Made by a program: the position numbers and the translations under genes. This document shows, piece after piece, positions 15,691 to 29,393 of a DNA stretch of 64,000 bases. Origin of the DNA: the human T2T-CHM13v2.0 reference genome, Homo sapiens; the NCBI RefSeq assembly GCF_009914755.1, contig NC_060927.1. The stretch is one strand, 5' to 3'. The notes beneath the pieces were generated by a model, which was not told where the DNA came from, did no database searches, and was given only the letters and a program-made list of their open reading frames with translations. Each line of letters starts with the position of its first letter. Within the stretch, counting starts at the first letter, position 1.

Positions 15691-16223
15691 CTCCCACTTT
15701 AGCCTCCTGAGTAGCTGGGACAAAAGGCGCACGTCACCATGCCTAGCTAACTTTTTAAATTTTTTTGTAGAAATGGCGTCTCACTGTGTTGCACATGCTG
15801 GTCTCAAACTCCTGGCCTCAGGTGATCCTCCTGCCTTGGCCTCTCAGAGGGTTGGGATGACTACAGGCGTGAGTCACCCCGCCCAGTCAAGAGGATGCTT
15901 GAGTAAACTTGCATGATAGCGCTTAGAACCGTTTCTGGCACACAGTGAGTGCTATGCAAGCGTCAGCCCTTCTATTGTGGTCATCATCTGCAAGTACTGT
16001 GGCTCTAAGAAGCAGTCTTCCCACAAAGTGGTCGTCCAGCCCCCACTGCACTCTCCCACTGGCTGGGGGGCCTGCCTCTGAGGCAGGTGTATTGCAACCC
16101 AGAGGTCTGCAGGCAGCCACCAGACAGCTACACACTGCCCCAGGAGCCCCTGTGAGCACGGCTTCCTCCTGCTAGCTGCAAGCTATGGCCTTCCATTTAC
16201 TCCATCCCTGAGGGAGGCCCCAG

Positions 16224-16694
16224 TGATGCAGAACAGGCAAGCCCCAAAATTGGAGCTCAGCTGGGGACGGTTCTTGGCTTCACCCAGGAAACAATTCAAG
16301 GATGAGCCAGTGGTGTTAGCAACTTTTACTGAAGTGGCAGTGTGCAGCAGTAGCAGAGGTACTGCTCCCTGCGGGGCAGGGCTACCCCATAGGTAGTGTG
16401 CCCAGAGTGGCAGCTCAGAGGCAGTTCTGCAGTCATATTTATACCCACTTTTGATTATATGCAAATTAAGGAGCAGATTATGCAGACATTTCTAGAAAAA
16501 GAGTGATAACTTCCGGGTCATCGGGTTGTTGCCATGGAAAGGGGTGGTAACGTCTGGGTGTTGCCATGGCAATGGTGAACTGACATGACACTGGTGGGCA
16601 TGTCTTATGGAGAGGTGCTTTCACCTCTTCCCTGCTTCAGTCTGGTCTGGAGTTCAAGTCCCGGCCCTCAGAGTCAACCCCGCCTCCTAACTCA
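16224..16694 (-). mobile_element. Solo ERV1-class LTR (family uncertain, LTR15/LTR19-like)
   Basis: tgatgcagaacaggcaagccccaaaattgg...ccccgcctcctaactca; TG..CA ends; contains an ATGCAAAT octamer. Confidence 0.7.
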
Positions 16695-17004
16695 CCTCTA
16701 GCCATCCCCAACCTGCGTGCCTAGTTCTGTGTCAGGGACAGGGCCTGTCTAAAGGTTGACCAAGGACAGGTTGGAGACAGGGACATTTGACATTGTACAG
16801 TCAAAACCACAGAGGGACGCTGCTTGAATGGGCAGCTCAGGCCCCTGGGAAGTCCCCCGGTGTGGAAGGTGTTGGCCTGGGTGACACCTCAGCAGGAGGG
16901 TTGGGGGCTTCCCTCCTGCCCCTGGTCTCTTTTCCCCAGGGCCTTTTAGACCCCTTACTCTCCTGAGGTGAGGGAATGGAGCACTGGAGAGGACCCACTG
17001 AGAA

Positions 17005-17240
17005 AGCAGGTCTGTGTTGATACCAAGAGCATGGACTTGAGCATCTTTATTTGAACCCTGGCTATTGGCTGTGTGACCTTGGGAGAGTCACTTAACCTCT
17101 CTGAGCCCCAGTTTCTCTATCTATAAAATAAGGCTGATAACAGTGTCTGCTTCTTAGAGTGGTTGTGAGAGTTAAATGTGGCAATGCTTGTGAAATGCTT
17201 GGCTGGCACTTGGCATATGGTGATCGCTCATTGGGGATAG
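17005..17240 (+). mobile_element. MIR SINE
   Basis: gctgtgtgaccttgggagagtcacttaacctctctgagccccagtttctctatctataaaat core. Confidence 0.85.
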
Positions 17241-18848
17241 CAGAGGTAGTAGTTGTTGTTGTTGAACAGAAGGATCTCAGGCCATTGCTCCTACCATGCC
17301 CTCTACCTGGAGCATCTTCCTCACTCCCTCCACTTGTCTAATCCCACTCATTCTCCAGGTCTTAGCCCATGCAAGCACCCACCATGTACCAGGCCTTGGG
17401 AACATGAGGGGAGCAGGTCACCCCCGATCCCTTGGGAGCACCTTGTCAAGCAGCTCCTTGCAGCTGAGTGGGGCCAGCCTGGGCTAGAATCAGAAGACCT
17501 GGGTTCTCATTCCACATCGGCCACCAACTGCCCAAGTGCCTCAGGCAAATGGCTTCCCCCAGGCCTTAGTTTACCCAACAAGAGATCTAAGGAAGCTCTG
17601 TAAGTTTTCCTCCCTCCCTACAGGGGGCGTCCAGACCACAAAGTGCACAGGCCCTTTCCCCATGTGATGCTGTTCAGCCAGAAAGCTTCCAAACTCCCCT
17701 CGAGAGCACCTGGCATGCGTCCTCTCCAGTCTGCTCTCCCAGGGCACTGTGAATGGTAATGCAGGCCTCGCTCACTGATGGTGGGCCCGCATTGTTTCAC
17801 TTGCTCCCCACCACCTCTTCACTGATGATAGGTTTCACAGGAAGCATCATGGTGGCCACGTCTTTGTCGGGGTGAGCCTTGCTTCCCAGGAGTTGTGGGA
17901 AGGACTCAACTGTCTGGGATTCCCTATTTTGGGGGCTGTTTTCTGCTAGGCAGGTTTGGGTTCGTGCCTCAGCTCCTCTGTTGCATGAGTGGAATCTCTT
18001 GCAGTTCATTGCCTCTGACAGAAGACCTGGCTCAGAGGGTGGTGAGACATACTGTTTCCTATAACCGGCAAGCCCTGGGGTTTCAGGCATGGCTGGAACC
18101 ACATGCTCAAATTATGTCTCCAATTGACAGATGAACAAATGGAAATCTGTGACTTACTGGAGAGAACACAGTACACATGTCCTTTCTCTTGACTCCGCTT
18201 CTTCTGTGTTGGCTTCATTCTCAGGAGGACTCATCCTCCTCAGTGGGAAGGTGGCTGCCAGCAACTGCAGGCTGTTCTTGAGCAGAGAGAGGGTCTAGTT
18301 CCCCCAGCATCTCAGCAGAAGTCCCATTCAGGTCTGTCCCTGGCCAGGCTTGGGACTCCTGGCAATCCCTGGACAGGGGCTTGGAGATCCCAGCTGGGAT
18401 GGTGGAGGCTGAAAGACACCCTCCTCGAGCCACACAGAGAGCTTCAGTGGAGTCCAGACACAGGAGGATCAGCTTCAGAGGTCAGAGCAGGGGTGTCCCT
18501 GCAGCTGGAGTCCCTGCAGCTGGGCAGAGTGTGCTGGACCACAGAGGCCTGGAGGTGAGGAAGGAGGAAGGAGGGCGCGGCCGGCCCGATGGCTGGGAAG
18601 GGGGCTGGGGCTCGCAGCTCTTCCTGGGAGGCCCCAGCAGGCAGCTGACCTGAGGGAGTGAACCCCACCCACTGGGAGCTGGAGAAGGGATGGAGCCTGT
18701 TTCTCCTGGGCTGGGGAGAACAGGTGGGTGCGAGGGGTCTGCCCACCTTCTCAGGGGAACATCAACACTGTATCCTGTCACACAAGCAAACACAACCCCA
18801 CTGACCATTAGGGGTACAGCCTCCAGCACAGAGCATACATTTTAAAGA

Positions 18849-19134
18849 CTTTTATTTATTTTTATTTCAATAGCTTTAGGGGTACCAGCGGTGTTTTGTT
18901 ACATGGATAAATTGTATGGTGAAGTCTGGGCTTTTCATATACCCATCACCCAAATAGTGCACATTGTACCCAATAGGTGACTTTTCATCCCTCACCCCTC
19001 CCCCCACCCTCCCCACTTCTGAGAGTCCATTATACCACTCTGTCTGCCTTTGTGACCCATAGCTTAGCTCTCACTTATAGGTGAAGACATGCAGTCTTTG
19101 GTTTTCTGTTCCTAAGTCACTTCACTTAGGATAA
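18849..19134 (-). mobile_element. L1PB/L1MA 3' end
   Basis: ttttatttcaatagctttaggggtac...catcacccaaatagtgcacattgtacccaatagg...agctctcacttatagg. Confidence 0.8.
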
Positions 19135-20032
19135 GAGAGCGAGCATTTTAACCACCATTTATTAGATACCTACCACGTGCTGGGCACCTTGCCTCACGCC
19201 AGACATGCATTATTTGAAATCTTCACAACAGCTTTGAGAGGGAGTGGGTGTGTGGCCCACTTGCCAGGTGGGGAAGTTGAGGTTCATAGAGCTGGTCTGT
19301 TCAAAGTGTAGCTACAGTAGTGAGGGCACACAGCCAGACATACAGCAGATATATTGTAACAGTGTGTGTGCCAGGAACAGAACTGAAGTGGTTGAAATGT
19401 AGAGAGGGTTTGCAGACGAAGGGGTATGTCTGGTCAAGCTGGGGCGAGGAGAGGGGAAAAGGTGAAATTTTCGAGAAGGAGCAATGTTCCAGTGCAATCT
19501 GGAGGAATTTCCATGAGAAAATGATGGTGAGAGCGTGCACTGAGCAGAAGGCACAGTTGGCCTTTGGGGAGCTGGGAGCAGTTGGGTATTTCTGAGGCAT
19601 GATGCGGACAGCAGAGGGGAAGTGGATGCTGAGGGTAAGGGACCTTGCCACAGTGGCCAGCAACAGCATCACAGCTGGCCAGTGGGGGCTGGTGGCAGAA
19701 GCAGTGACTCTGAGCTTGTTGCCAGGACAGGAAAGCTGAGGGACAGAAAGACCCAGGACTCAGGACCTGTCATGTGCAGGATTTCCAGAGAAGGCCACAG
19801 TCACCAAGTGAGCGGCCACACTGTGCCTGGTGTCCTCACCCTCGTGGCACTCTGAATACTCAGTAGAGACCCATGGGTACGGGAAAGGAGTATCTGCATT
19901 GTTTAGAGGGGAAGTTGAGGCTCAGAGACAGAAAGTGACCGGCCCCAGGCCACAGAGTCAGGAAAGGACAGAGTGGGACTGGAACCCAGGACCCTTCATC
20001 TCTTTCATCTCTGAGCTGCCCATCATCCCTGA

Positions 20033-20467
<435 letters not shown>

Positions 20468-20649
20468 TGAGGAGGCACCCTAGGGGTGGGAGAGGGCAGC
20501 CCCAGGAAGGAAGGCCTTTCCCGGCCAAGGCTGCCCAGAATGGGCTCACTGGGTGGGAGGGAGTAAGCCTCCTCGCCTCCTTTCCCCACCCCAGAAGTTT
20601 AAGTGGGCTTGGGTGCTGCAAAAGGAATTTTGGAGCAGAAATGTGAGCT

Positions 20650-20790
20650 GAATCAGTCTCCTGTATGTCACCTGGGTCACATGTTAAAATGCAGATTCCT
20701 GGGCCCTGTCTCAGAAATGCTGACTCATTAGGTCTGGTGGGATGGGGAGATCTGCAACTCTGTATTTTAACAGCACCTCAGGGCATTCCC
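20650..20790. mobile_element. MER5A-type hAT-Charlie DNA transposon
   Basis: tgttaaaatgcagattcctgggccc...tgtattttaacagcacctcagg. Confidence 0.75.
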
Positions 20791-22800
20791 ATGGGAACCA
20801 CCGAGGAGGAACTGGGAGTTTTTCCTAACTCTGAGGCTCTGGGAAAAGTTGTCTATGCCCAGAAGCCAGCATCAGGCAAAGTTGCCCAAGACCTGCTCCG
20901 CCAGCCCCTTGCAGCTGGGCTGGGCTTCCAGGAGCAAACGCCCGGTGTCGCACTGCAGGAAGCAGACCTTTCTGAGCCTGGGGAGGACTCTGAGGGGCGA
21001 GGAGTGGGAATGCAAAAGAGGAGCCTGGGGATGGAGCAGTTAATGGGGGCAGCCACAGGCTCCTTCTCTCTGAGACGCTCAGTGACTCGCCCAAGGGCAC
21101 ACAGCTGGGTTCCCATAACCCAGCACTAGCAGCTGGGAGGGGGTTGGGGATGGTGGTGTGTGCCAGCTACACAGATAATTAGATGCAGTCCTGCCCTCCT
21201 GTGACTTGGAGTAAAGCAATCAAATGTTAACGGTTTTTAAACTGAGCAATGCAGACAGAGCTACAGGTGCAAGATGGGGAGGGAAGTCTCAAAAGTAAGT
21301 AGTGGGGAGGTGGAAGGTGCCCCAGGTCCAGCACTGCATGGATGGGTGGAGGTGTGGAGGGGCATCCCAGCGGCAGTGGGCGGGGGTGTCACGGGTGGAG
21401 CTGATTCCTGCCCTTCCGACCACTCCTGAACCCCATGGGGGAGCCTGTGAGCTGTCTGCGGGGAACTCAGACCATCTACCCTTGGACCCAGGAGGAGAAG
21501 ACCCAGACATGTGCTTGAAGAGGTCTGCAGAGAAAGCTGAGGAGAGCTGAATGTGCCCAGCTCAGCTATTTGTGTGGATTGAGGCGCAGTATCACAGGCT
21601 GGCATGCAGGAGAGAGGGTTTTATTTAGAGAGCGGCCGTCTGGAGGGGCCTTGCCAGCAGAGAAGTTTAGAAATCATCTGATGCTGCCCCTCATTTAACA
21701 GAGAAGCCAGGGCCCAGAGAGGGCAGGAGACCATCTGAGGCCACACAGCCACAGCTGACAAACTCTGAGTTGGAACCTAGGTCTCCGATTCTGAACCAGC
21801 ACCTTTCCAATGGGTGGCAAGTGCATAGCGTGGGCAGGACTTCCTAACCCCGCAGAGATCCCACTCTCCCCACCACCGCCTCGCACCCAGCCTCAGCTCC
21901 TTTATAGCACGCGTCCAGGCAGCTTCCACCAGGCATTCAAGGTTGGTTCCAGAGAGGAAAACTATGTGCCATCCCTGCTCAACATTCAAAAGGGCCTCTC
22001 CCAAATGTGTTCTCGGTGGCAGCACCTGCTAAAATTCTGGATTTTAAGGGGTCCTTCCCTGCCCATTATCACTGCAACCTTGACTCCTCCCCGACCCCAC
22101 ACCTGTGGCCTGGTGCCAAAGGCTTCTGCATCTTTGGCAGAGAAACGTATGTCCTCCCCAACCCCTTGGAACTGGTTGCAAACTTGGGTGGGGTTGTGCA
22201 TTGGGGTGGGGGTAGAAGGACTCTAACGTTTACAGTTTTAAAATCAGATTTTCAAAGTCTGTGACTTCAAAAGGAACAGAGTCACTGATTTGCTTCATAG
22301 TATGTGCCATGAGTCAAGCATTTTTCTGTACTGTGCCTGGTGCTGTGGGTTAGAGCGCTTCTCTGGGGCCAGCCTGCTGGGTTCAAATTCTGACTCAGCA
22401 ATGTGTTGTTACCTGTTTGACCTGGGACAAGTGACATCACCTGAAAACCCTCCAGAAGTGTTGGCTGTACTTATCCTCTCATTCCTTTGAAATAGCCCAA
22501 TCCAAGAACTACTGTGTCAGAGAGGATGCTTTTTGGCTGCAGGAAACAGAGCATCTACAAGTAGTTTAAACAGCAAAGAGGTTTGCCATTTCACACCATG
22601 AGCAGTTCGGAGAAACCACTCAGAGTTAATTTTGCATCTCAAGAAAGTTCTCAAGGACTCAGTTTTTATCTCTCTGCTCTGCTGTCTCCTTAGCCAGCTG
22701 ACAGACATATTGGGTGGACCAACAGACACCCCCGCAGCCAGGTGATCCAAGCCAAGGATTCCTTGGTGCCCCTGGCTAGTAGGTAGAGGTGTCGAGCATT

Positions 22801-23240
22801 TGTGATGGTTCATCTCAGGTGTCAGCCTGACTGGTTTAAGGGACACCTAGATAGCTGGTAATTCTGGGTGTACCTGTGAGTTTGTTTCAGGAAGAGACTG
22901 GCATTTGAATCAGCAGCTGAGTCAAGAAGATTGCCCTCACCCAATGTGAATGGGCACCATCCAATCAGCTGAGGACTTAGATAGAACGAGAAGGCAGAGG
23001 AAAGGTGGGCAAATTTCCTGTATCTTCTGGAGCAGGGATACCCTTGTCCCACCCTTGGACATTAGAACTGCAGGTTCTCAGTCCCTCAGCCTCCGACTAA
23101 GAGTTGCACCATCAGCTCCCTTTGTTCTCAGGCCTTTGGCCTTGAACAGAGCCACACTACTGGCTTCCCTGGTTCTCCAGCTTGCAGACAGCCTATCATG
23201 GGACTTCTCAGCCTCCATAATTGCATGAGCAAATTCCCCT
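22801..23240 (+). mobile_element. ERVL LTR MLT2-type
   Basis: tgtgatggttcatctcaggtgtcagcctgactgg...gggcaccatccaatcagctgagg...ggacttctcagcctccataattgcatgagc. Confidence 0.85.
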
Positions 23241-23426
23241 AACCCGTCCACTTGCAGATTCTTGGCAATAAATGGTTCTTGTTTCCAGCCACTGTGTTTT
23301 GGGGTGGTGTGTTACTTTGCATTCTTATAGCACAGCTGACTGGTACATCCTTCCCAGAGAGACTGATGTTCAGAGATGACTGCCATCCCATTAGCCACCT
23401 GTCTGGCTCCTCTTTACTCGGACGCC

Positions 23427-23841
23427 TGATATAGCTTGGATGTCGCCTCCAAATCTCATGTTGAGATGTAATCTCCAATGCTGGAGGTGGGGCCTGGTAG
23501 GAGGTGTTTAAATCATGGGGGCGTCCATCCCTCATGAGTGGCTTGGACCATCCGCTTGGTGATAAGTGAGCTCTCACTCTGAGTTCGCACGAGATCTGGC
23601 CATTTTAAAGTGTGTGGCACCGCCCTCCCCAATTTGCTCCTGCTTTCACCATGTGACATGCCTGCTCCCACTTCACCTTCCACCATAATTGTTAGCTTCC
23701 TGAGGCCTCCCCAGAAGCTGATGCTGGAGCTGTGCTTCCTGTTCAGCCTACAGAACCATAAGCTAATTAAGCCTCTTTTTCTTTTATAAATTAGCCAGCC
23801 TCAGGTATTTCTTTATACTAATGCAAGAACAGCATAATACA
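23427..23841 (+). mobile_element. MaLR LTR MSTB-type
   Basis: tgatatagcttggatg...ccaaatctcatgttgagatgtaatc...cagcctcaggtatttctttata...aataca. Confidence 0.85.
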
Positions 23842-23859
23842 ACCCCCTTCCTATTGTGA

Positions 23860-24290
23860 ATCTGTCCCCTTGCCGGTGGAGTTTTGGGGAAGGCAGGGCC
23901 CACCTCCCACTACAAAATTTAAAAGGGCAAGATCCTCCCTCTCTCTCCTTCCTAATGTCCAAATCATGGGCCCCGACCCAGAAACTAAATATGCTGTGAC
24001 AGATGCAAAGATGCGGGGTGGAGGAGCAGTTACGCACAGAGATGGCGGCAGCCAAGGTGGCCCAGCAATGGCAAAGACCCCGTTCTCGTCGGTGCTCCCA
24101 GCTCATGGGAGTGGCCCCTCGGCAGTGCCCCCTCAGCCTCCCTCATCCTGGCTCCTACCTGTTTTTCTGAGTCTGGTTCTCCAGACTTCCTGAAGATTCC
24201 GTGAGCTACCTGATATCCCTCCAGTAAATTCCTTTACATCTTAAGAAGGCCAAGCTCTGCTTTAATGCCTGCAGACACGAGCCCTGACTG
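23860..24290 (+). mobile_element. ERVL LTR16-like fragment
   Basis: tctgagtctggttctccagacttcctgaagattccgtgagctacctgatatccctccagtaaattcc. Confidence 0.55.
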
Positions 24291-27200
24291 GCACACACAA
24301 GGAGCAAGTGACCTAACCTTTCTCTGCCTCGGGTCCTCAAGGGAGACAGGGATGATAATAGCACTTACTTTGTAGGACTGAAGTGAGGTCATCCATGCAG
24401 CAAGCATAGCACAGGGCCTGGCACACAGCAAGCACTCAATAAATGTTAGCTGTCAGCACTACACATCCTTCAGCTTCCAGGGAGGTCAAGGGAAATACAA
24501 AACTAAGATTCTTGAAGCCAGATATGTCTCTCTCTCCTTTAAAGTCATCCCAGAAGCCCAAAGGGTTGCCATCGCTGGTAAAGGGGTAATGGGAGTGACG
24601 GCGATGATGATAATGATGATGATGAAGACAGCAAACACTTCCAACGCTTGCATAGTGCTTTTTGTTTTCTTTTCTTTTGTTTTGTTTTACCGCCAGGAAC
24701 TGTTCTAAGTACTCCACAAATTTTATCTCATTTAAACCCTCATAAGCATACCATAAGGAAGTGTTACTTCACATCGTGAGAAGTTCAGAGGAGCCACTTG
24801 AAGTCAGTTCTGCATCTCAAGAACGTTCAAGCAGATTGCCCTCACCTAATGTGAACAGGCACCATCCAATCAGCTGAGGACCTTGATAGAACAAGAAGGC
24901 AGAGGAAAGGTAGGCAAATTTCCTGTCTTTTCTGGAGCTGGGATACCCTTCTCACACCCTTGGATGTTAGAACTGCATTGGAACTCATTTTACAGATAAG
25001 AATACCAAGACACAGAGAGAGCAACCGGTTTGCCCAAGGTCATATGAGCTGTGGGCAGTGGCACTGGGGTTTGATCCCAGCGCTCTGGCTCCAGAGTCAG
25101 TGGCAGCAGGACGAAGCTGTGGAGAGCACAGCAGGTGCTCACTAGTGGTTTCTCTTGTGCAAGATCCCTCACTCACCCAGTCCCTTGGACTGGTCTGCCC
25201 CTGTGCCCACCAGAAACAGCAAGCTTGGGAGCCCTGGCTGAGTCACTGGCTTCAGGAATCTGGGGCATTTGGGACCTTGGTCCTTGGTGTGGATGTGTGG
25301 TTCTGGTCAGGACCATCTCTGCACCCTGGGGATGGTGCAGGGGTGGCAGGCCTCCCCTCCTTGGCCCCACCTCACTCTAGGGGCAGGAATACAGCCTTCC
25401 CACCACCAGCCTCCGAGTTTTGGGGTGGTGTGTTACTTCGCAATTTTGTGGTATGGCTGATTGGTACATCCTCTCCAGATAGGCTGATGTTCAGAAATGA
25501 CAGCCATGGGACCATGGGAGGCGCCCACTAGCTCCTCAGCCCCCAGCCTGGCTGTGCTGACAGCTGACATCTAGACTTTAGGCTTGGTACCCAGGCAGAG
25601 CGGGCAGTCAGATGTGACCACTGGGGCCAAGAGGGCTGAGGTTACTTGCCTGGCACCTCATGGCTACTCATTGGTGGACTCTGGATTTGAACCCACATCT
25701 GCCCGCCTGAAGGCCCCTGTGGTGTAGCCAAAAGGAGCATGTGGCATCTGTTAGGCTCACATCTGGCTGACAGTGGCTGTTTTGTGCACTGTTTTTAATT
25801 TTAAAAACTATTTTAAAAACCAATCTCTGACATTTATGGAGTGTCGGTTACAGAGAGCCAGACCCTTACGTGTGTGACATCATTGAATCCCTCAGCTGCC
25901 CTTAAGGGCTGAGCCACACTCAGTCTTGTTTATAAAGGGGAAACCAAGGCACCCGAGGCAAGGGGCCTGGTGCACTTTTGTGTTCCTTGCCTGCCTAGCA
26001 TTCTTCACCCCTTTTTCTAGGAGGGGCACCCCAGTTTCCCTTTGGGAAACCTCCCACCCTCATTGCTGCAGTTAGGTCAAGACTGTCAGTCAAGGTGCCC
26101 TATCCTCCTCTGACCAAGGGGTAGGCACATGACCAGGGCATGGCCAATCAGACACTCTCTCCTGGGCTGGCCCCACTCAAATCATATGACATAAACAGGC
26201 CACATCCAATGCTGCTTCACACTGAAGACTGTCTCCTTGTCCTTGCTACCTAGGCCCACTCATCTGAATCCCATAGATTTTGAGATGTTGACTCCAAGAA
26301 TTGTATTTCATACTTCCTATAAGGCCCCATATCTCTAGCTGAAGTTAGCTGAGCCTGTTTTCTGTTGCTTGCTTGCAAGCCAGGGCCCTACCCAAATTTG
26401 AAGGAGCACCCCAGGTTCATGCAGGTAACACAGGAGTCACACCCAGGAGGTCTGATGCCAGAATCCGGAGTCTAGGCTGCTGCCTGGGGTAGGATCTCCC
26501 AGGTCAAAGAGGGAACCAACATTACCTGGGGCCCAGGGATATTGCCCACAGTAGCTAGCTGTGAATTTGCCTTCATTCCTACAAGAAAGCCACATTGTTT
26601 TCATGAAAGAGTAATGTCCTAAGCTATTCAGAAGTGATTTTCATTGTCCTCAATCTTCCCGGCTCCACAGATCCCACAGAACAGCTCCCCTGGCACCCTG
26701 AGAAGCATCTCCCTTACCCACCCCACCACATTCCCCTGCTGCTCTGGAGGCACTGGGAGGGCTTGGCCCCCTGGGACCCTCTCCGGGGGTCCAGGTGGAT
26801 GGAATCCAACGTGGCAGTGTCTCTTAGAACCCTGCAGGTCAGCCCGTCAGGCTTTTTCCACCTCCACATTTGTGTCATAGCCACATCCCTCCTGTACTAA
26901 CATTTTCTTTACTGAAATCACTTAAAAATCTAGAAGACTTCATTCACTTCACTGCTGGAAAGGGCACTAGTGTCGCCGTATGTAATCAGAATGCAGCCAT
27001 GCACAGAAAACAACATGTGCTACTGTCCAGCTCGGCACCATGGCCTGCCCAGGGCTCGCCAGTGGCCAGGGCTTTGCCAGGGGGGTTGACAGGGGTTAGA
27101 GGGGTATCCCAGATACAGGCACCGCCCTGACCTTCCACCCTGGATGCGGTCAGAATCAAAGGTTCAAAAGGAACCAGGAGGGGCACATGTCATCAGGACC

Positions 27201-28281
27201 TCCTGAGGCTGTGTCATTTAAAAAAAAAAAAGGAAGCAGGAGAGACGCAGTTTCTCCGTTAGTAAGCTGATGTTACTTAAGGCCATGGCATGTGCCATGA
27301 ACTTCACATTTTGGGAAACACTGATCCTCACGGCACAAGTAAAAACAGAGAGGAAACGAGTCTTGTCCCAGCCACACAGCACATCGAAAGAAGAGAGGCT
27401 GGAACTAGGCTGTCCTGCCCACATGCCAGGTCTTCCAGCAGCACCTTGCTTTGTCTCTTTAAAGCATTTCAGATGCTCCCAGGCAACTCCTGGAGATCTA
27501 GGACCACATTAATCTCCGCAGCCACGCCCCTTCCATCTGTTGAGTTTGGGCTCTCCTCAATCCCCCCACCCCCACTGCACCCACAGCACCAGTTGGTGTG
27601 GGCTCTGCGAATGCAAACTCATTTAAACGTCAGCTGGAGCAACAGAGCTCAGCAAAACAAGCAGGCAACAGAAATAGACATGACAATCACTGGCATCCTA
27701 GACTGTCAGCAGGACTTCCAGACCCTCTTAGCCCTTCCTGGGACAGGTAGCCCTTGGAGACACAAGATAACTAGGGACCCCAGCCAGGGGAAACTCATGC
27801 ATATGCATATTTTGCATGTAATTTTGGAGGGGTCATGGGACCCATCTCACCTCAACATCTTGTGGGGTTTTTTTCCGTCTAAATGAACTGAGGTTCCCAG
27901 AAAGATTTTGTTTGCAAAAAGTGATCTGATTCCAAGAATTTGGAAATGACTGGTCTCATTGATTTTTCAGGCAGCTTCCAGTTAATAAGCTGTGAAAAAA
28001 TGCTCAAATCCACTCCAGAAGCAGCAGTTCAGGGTACCTCTGTTGCAACCAGAAACCTCTTCCAACCCTCGACTTATCTTTTTGGAAGGGTGAACCTTGG
28101 GGTTTATCTTAAACGTGGAGGCACTCCTGCAGCATCAGTAAAAGTCTTTGACACTTTGAAGAGGAACCAAGGTTAAATTTCAGCAGGGAGGAGACACCCC
28201 ATCTCTGTTCCTCGCCTCCACGGCCATGGCTCCTACCTTCTGCCTTGCACAATTCAGGCACCATCTGACAGAATACAAAAG

Positions 28282-28360
28282 CAGCCATGCCCTGTGGATT
28301 ATTTAACTCTGAGGTCACAGCCATTCCCTGTGGATTATTTAACTCTGAGGTCCCAGCCAT
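28282..28360. repeat. 36-bp tandem duplication (2.2 copies)
   Basis: cagccatgccctgtggattatttaactctgaggtca repeated with 2 mismatches. Confidence 0.95.
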
Positions 28361-28378
28361 GGTCCTGAGTGGCCTTAA

Positions 28379-28710
<332 letters not shown>

Positions 28711-29393
28711 AATGTCCCCATCCTAACCAAAGGAGAGAGTGGAAGGTTGAACCAAAGGAGAGAGTGGAAGGTTGGGACAGGGACCAGCCCCATGTTACGT
28801 TCCCCTTCTTGTTCTAGGACTTTGCATGCTTAAGTTCTTGGCATTTGAAATCTTCTCTGTTCTCCTGATTGCTTTGTTTCTTAGCAAGGATTGGGGTAAA
28901 AGCTCTCCCCCAGAGGAAGTGGTAAGGACAGAAGCTGAACAATAGGGCTGAGAGGGCTCTGGCACAGGAAGGATGGGAGACTGATGAGAGGGAAGTAAGA
29001 AATTGTTGGAAAGAGGCCAGCAGGAGAGGAGGGAGGTACTGATGTTACCTGGCTGTGGCACCAGCAGTTTGAGACCTGGAGGGACAGGTGTCTATGTGGG
29101 GTATCACGTGGTTGGGGAGGGGTAATTTCCACCTGCAACTGGGGGCTGCCTGAAACCCGATCAGAAGACTCATGGCATGGTGCTAATGGCCTCAGGGAGC
29201 TGGCAGGAAGCAGCTGGGCTGAGAAGTGGCTGCTGTGGCTCAAGGTGCCTACTGGGTCCCTCTGCACTCCGTTTGCTGTCGAATGTGCTCTCTGGCCAGG
29301 AACGCTGGGCTTTCACGTGCCACCAAGCACAGGATCCAAGGAGGAGAGATGGCCCATACTTGGTTGCCCCGGTTTCCTCATCTGTGCTGTGAG

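Larger units (their letters stand above)
14170..15887 (-). mobile_element. AluJ in three pieces (14170-14242, 14671-14723, 15691-15887), itself inserted into a MIR
   Basis: Alu text is colinear across both LTR insertions; agaggatg TSD at both ends; MIR text on both flanks (~14070-14169 and ~15890-15975). Confidence 0.85.
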
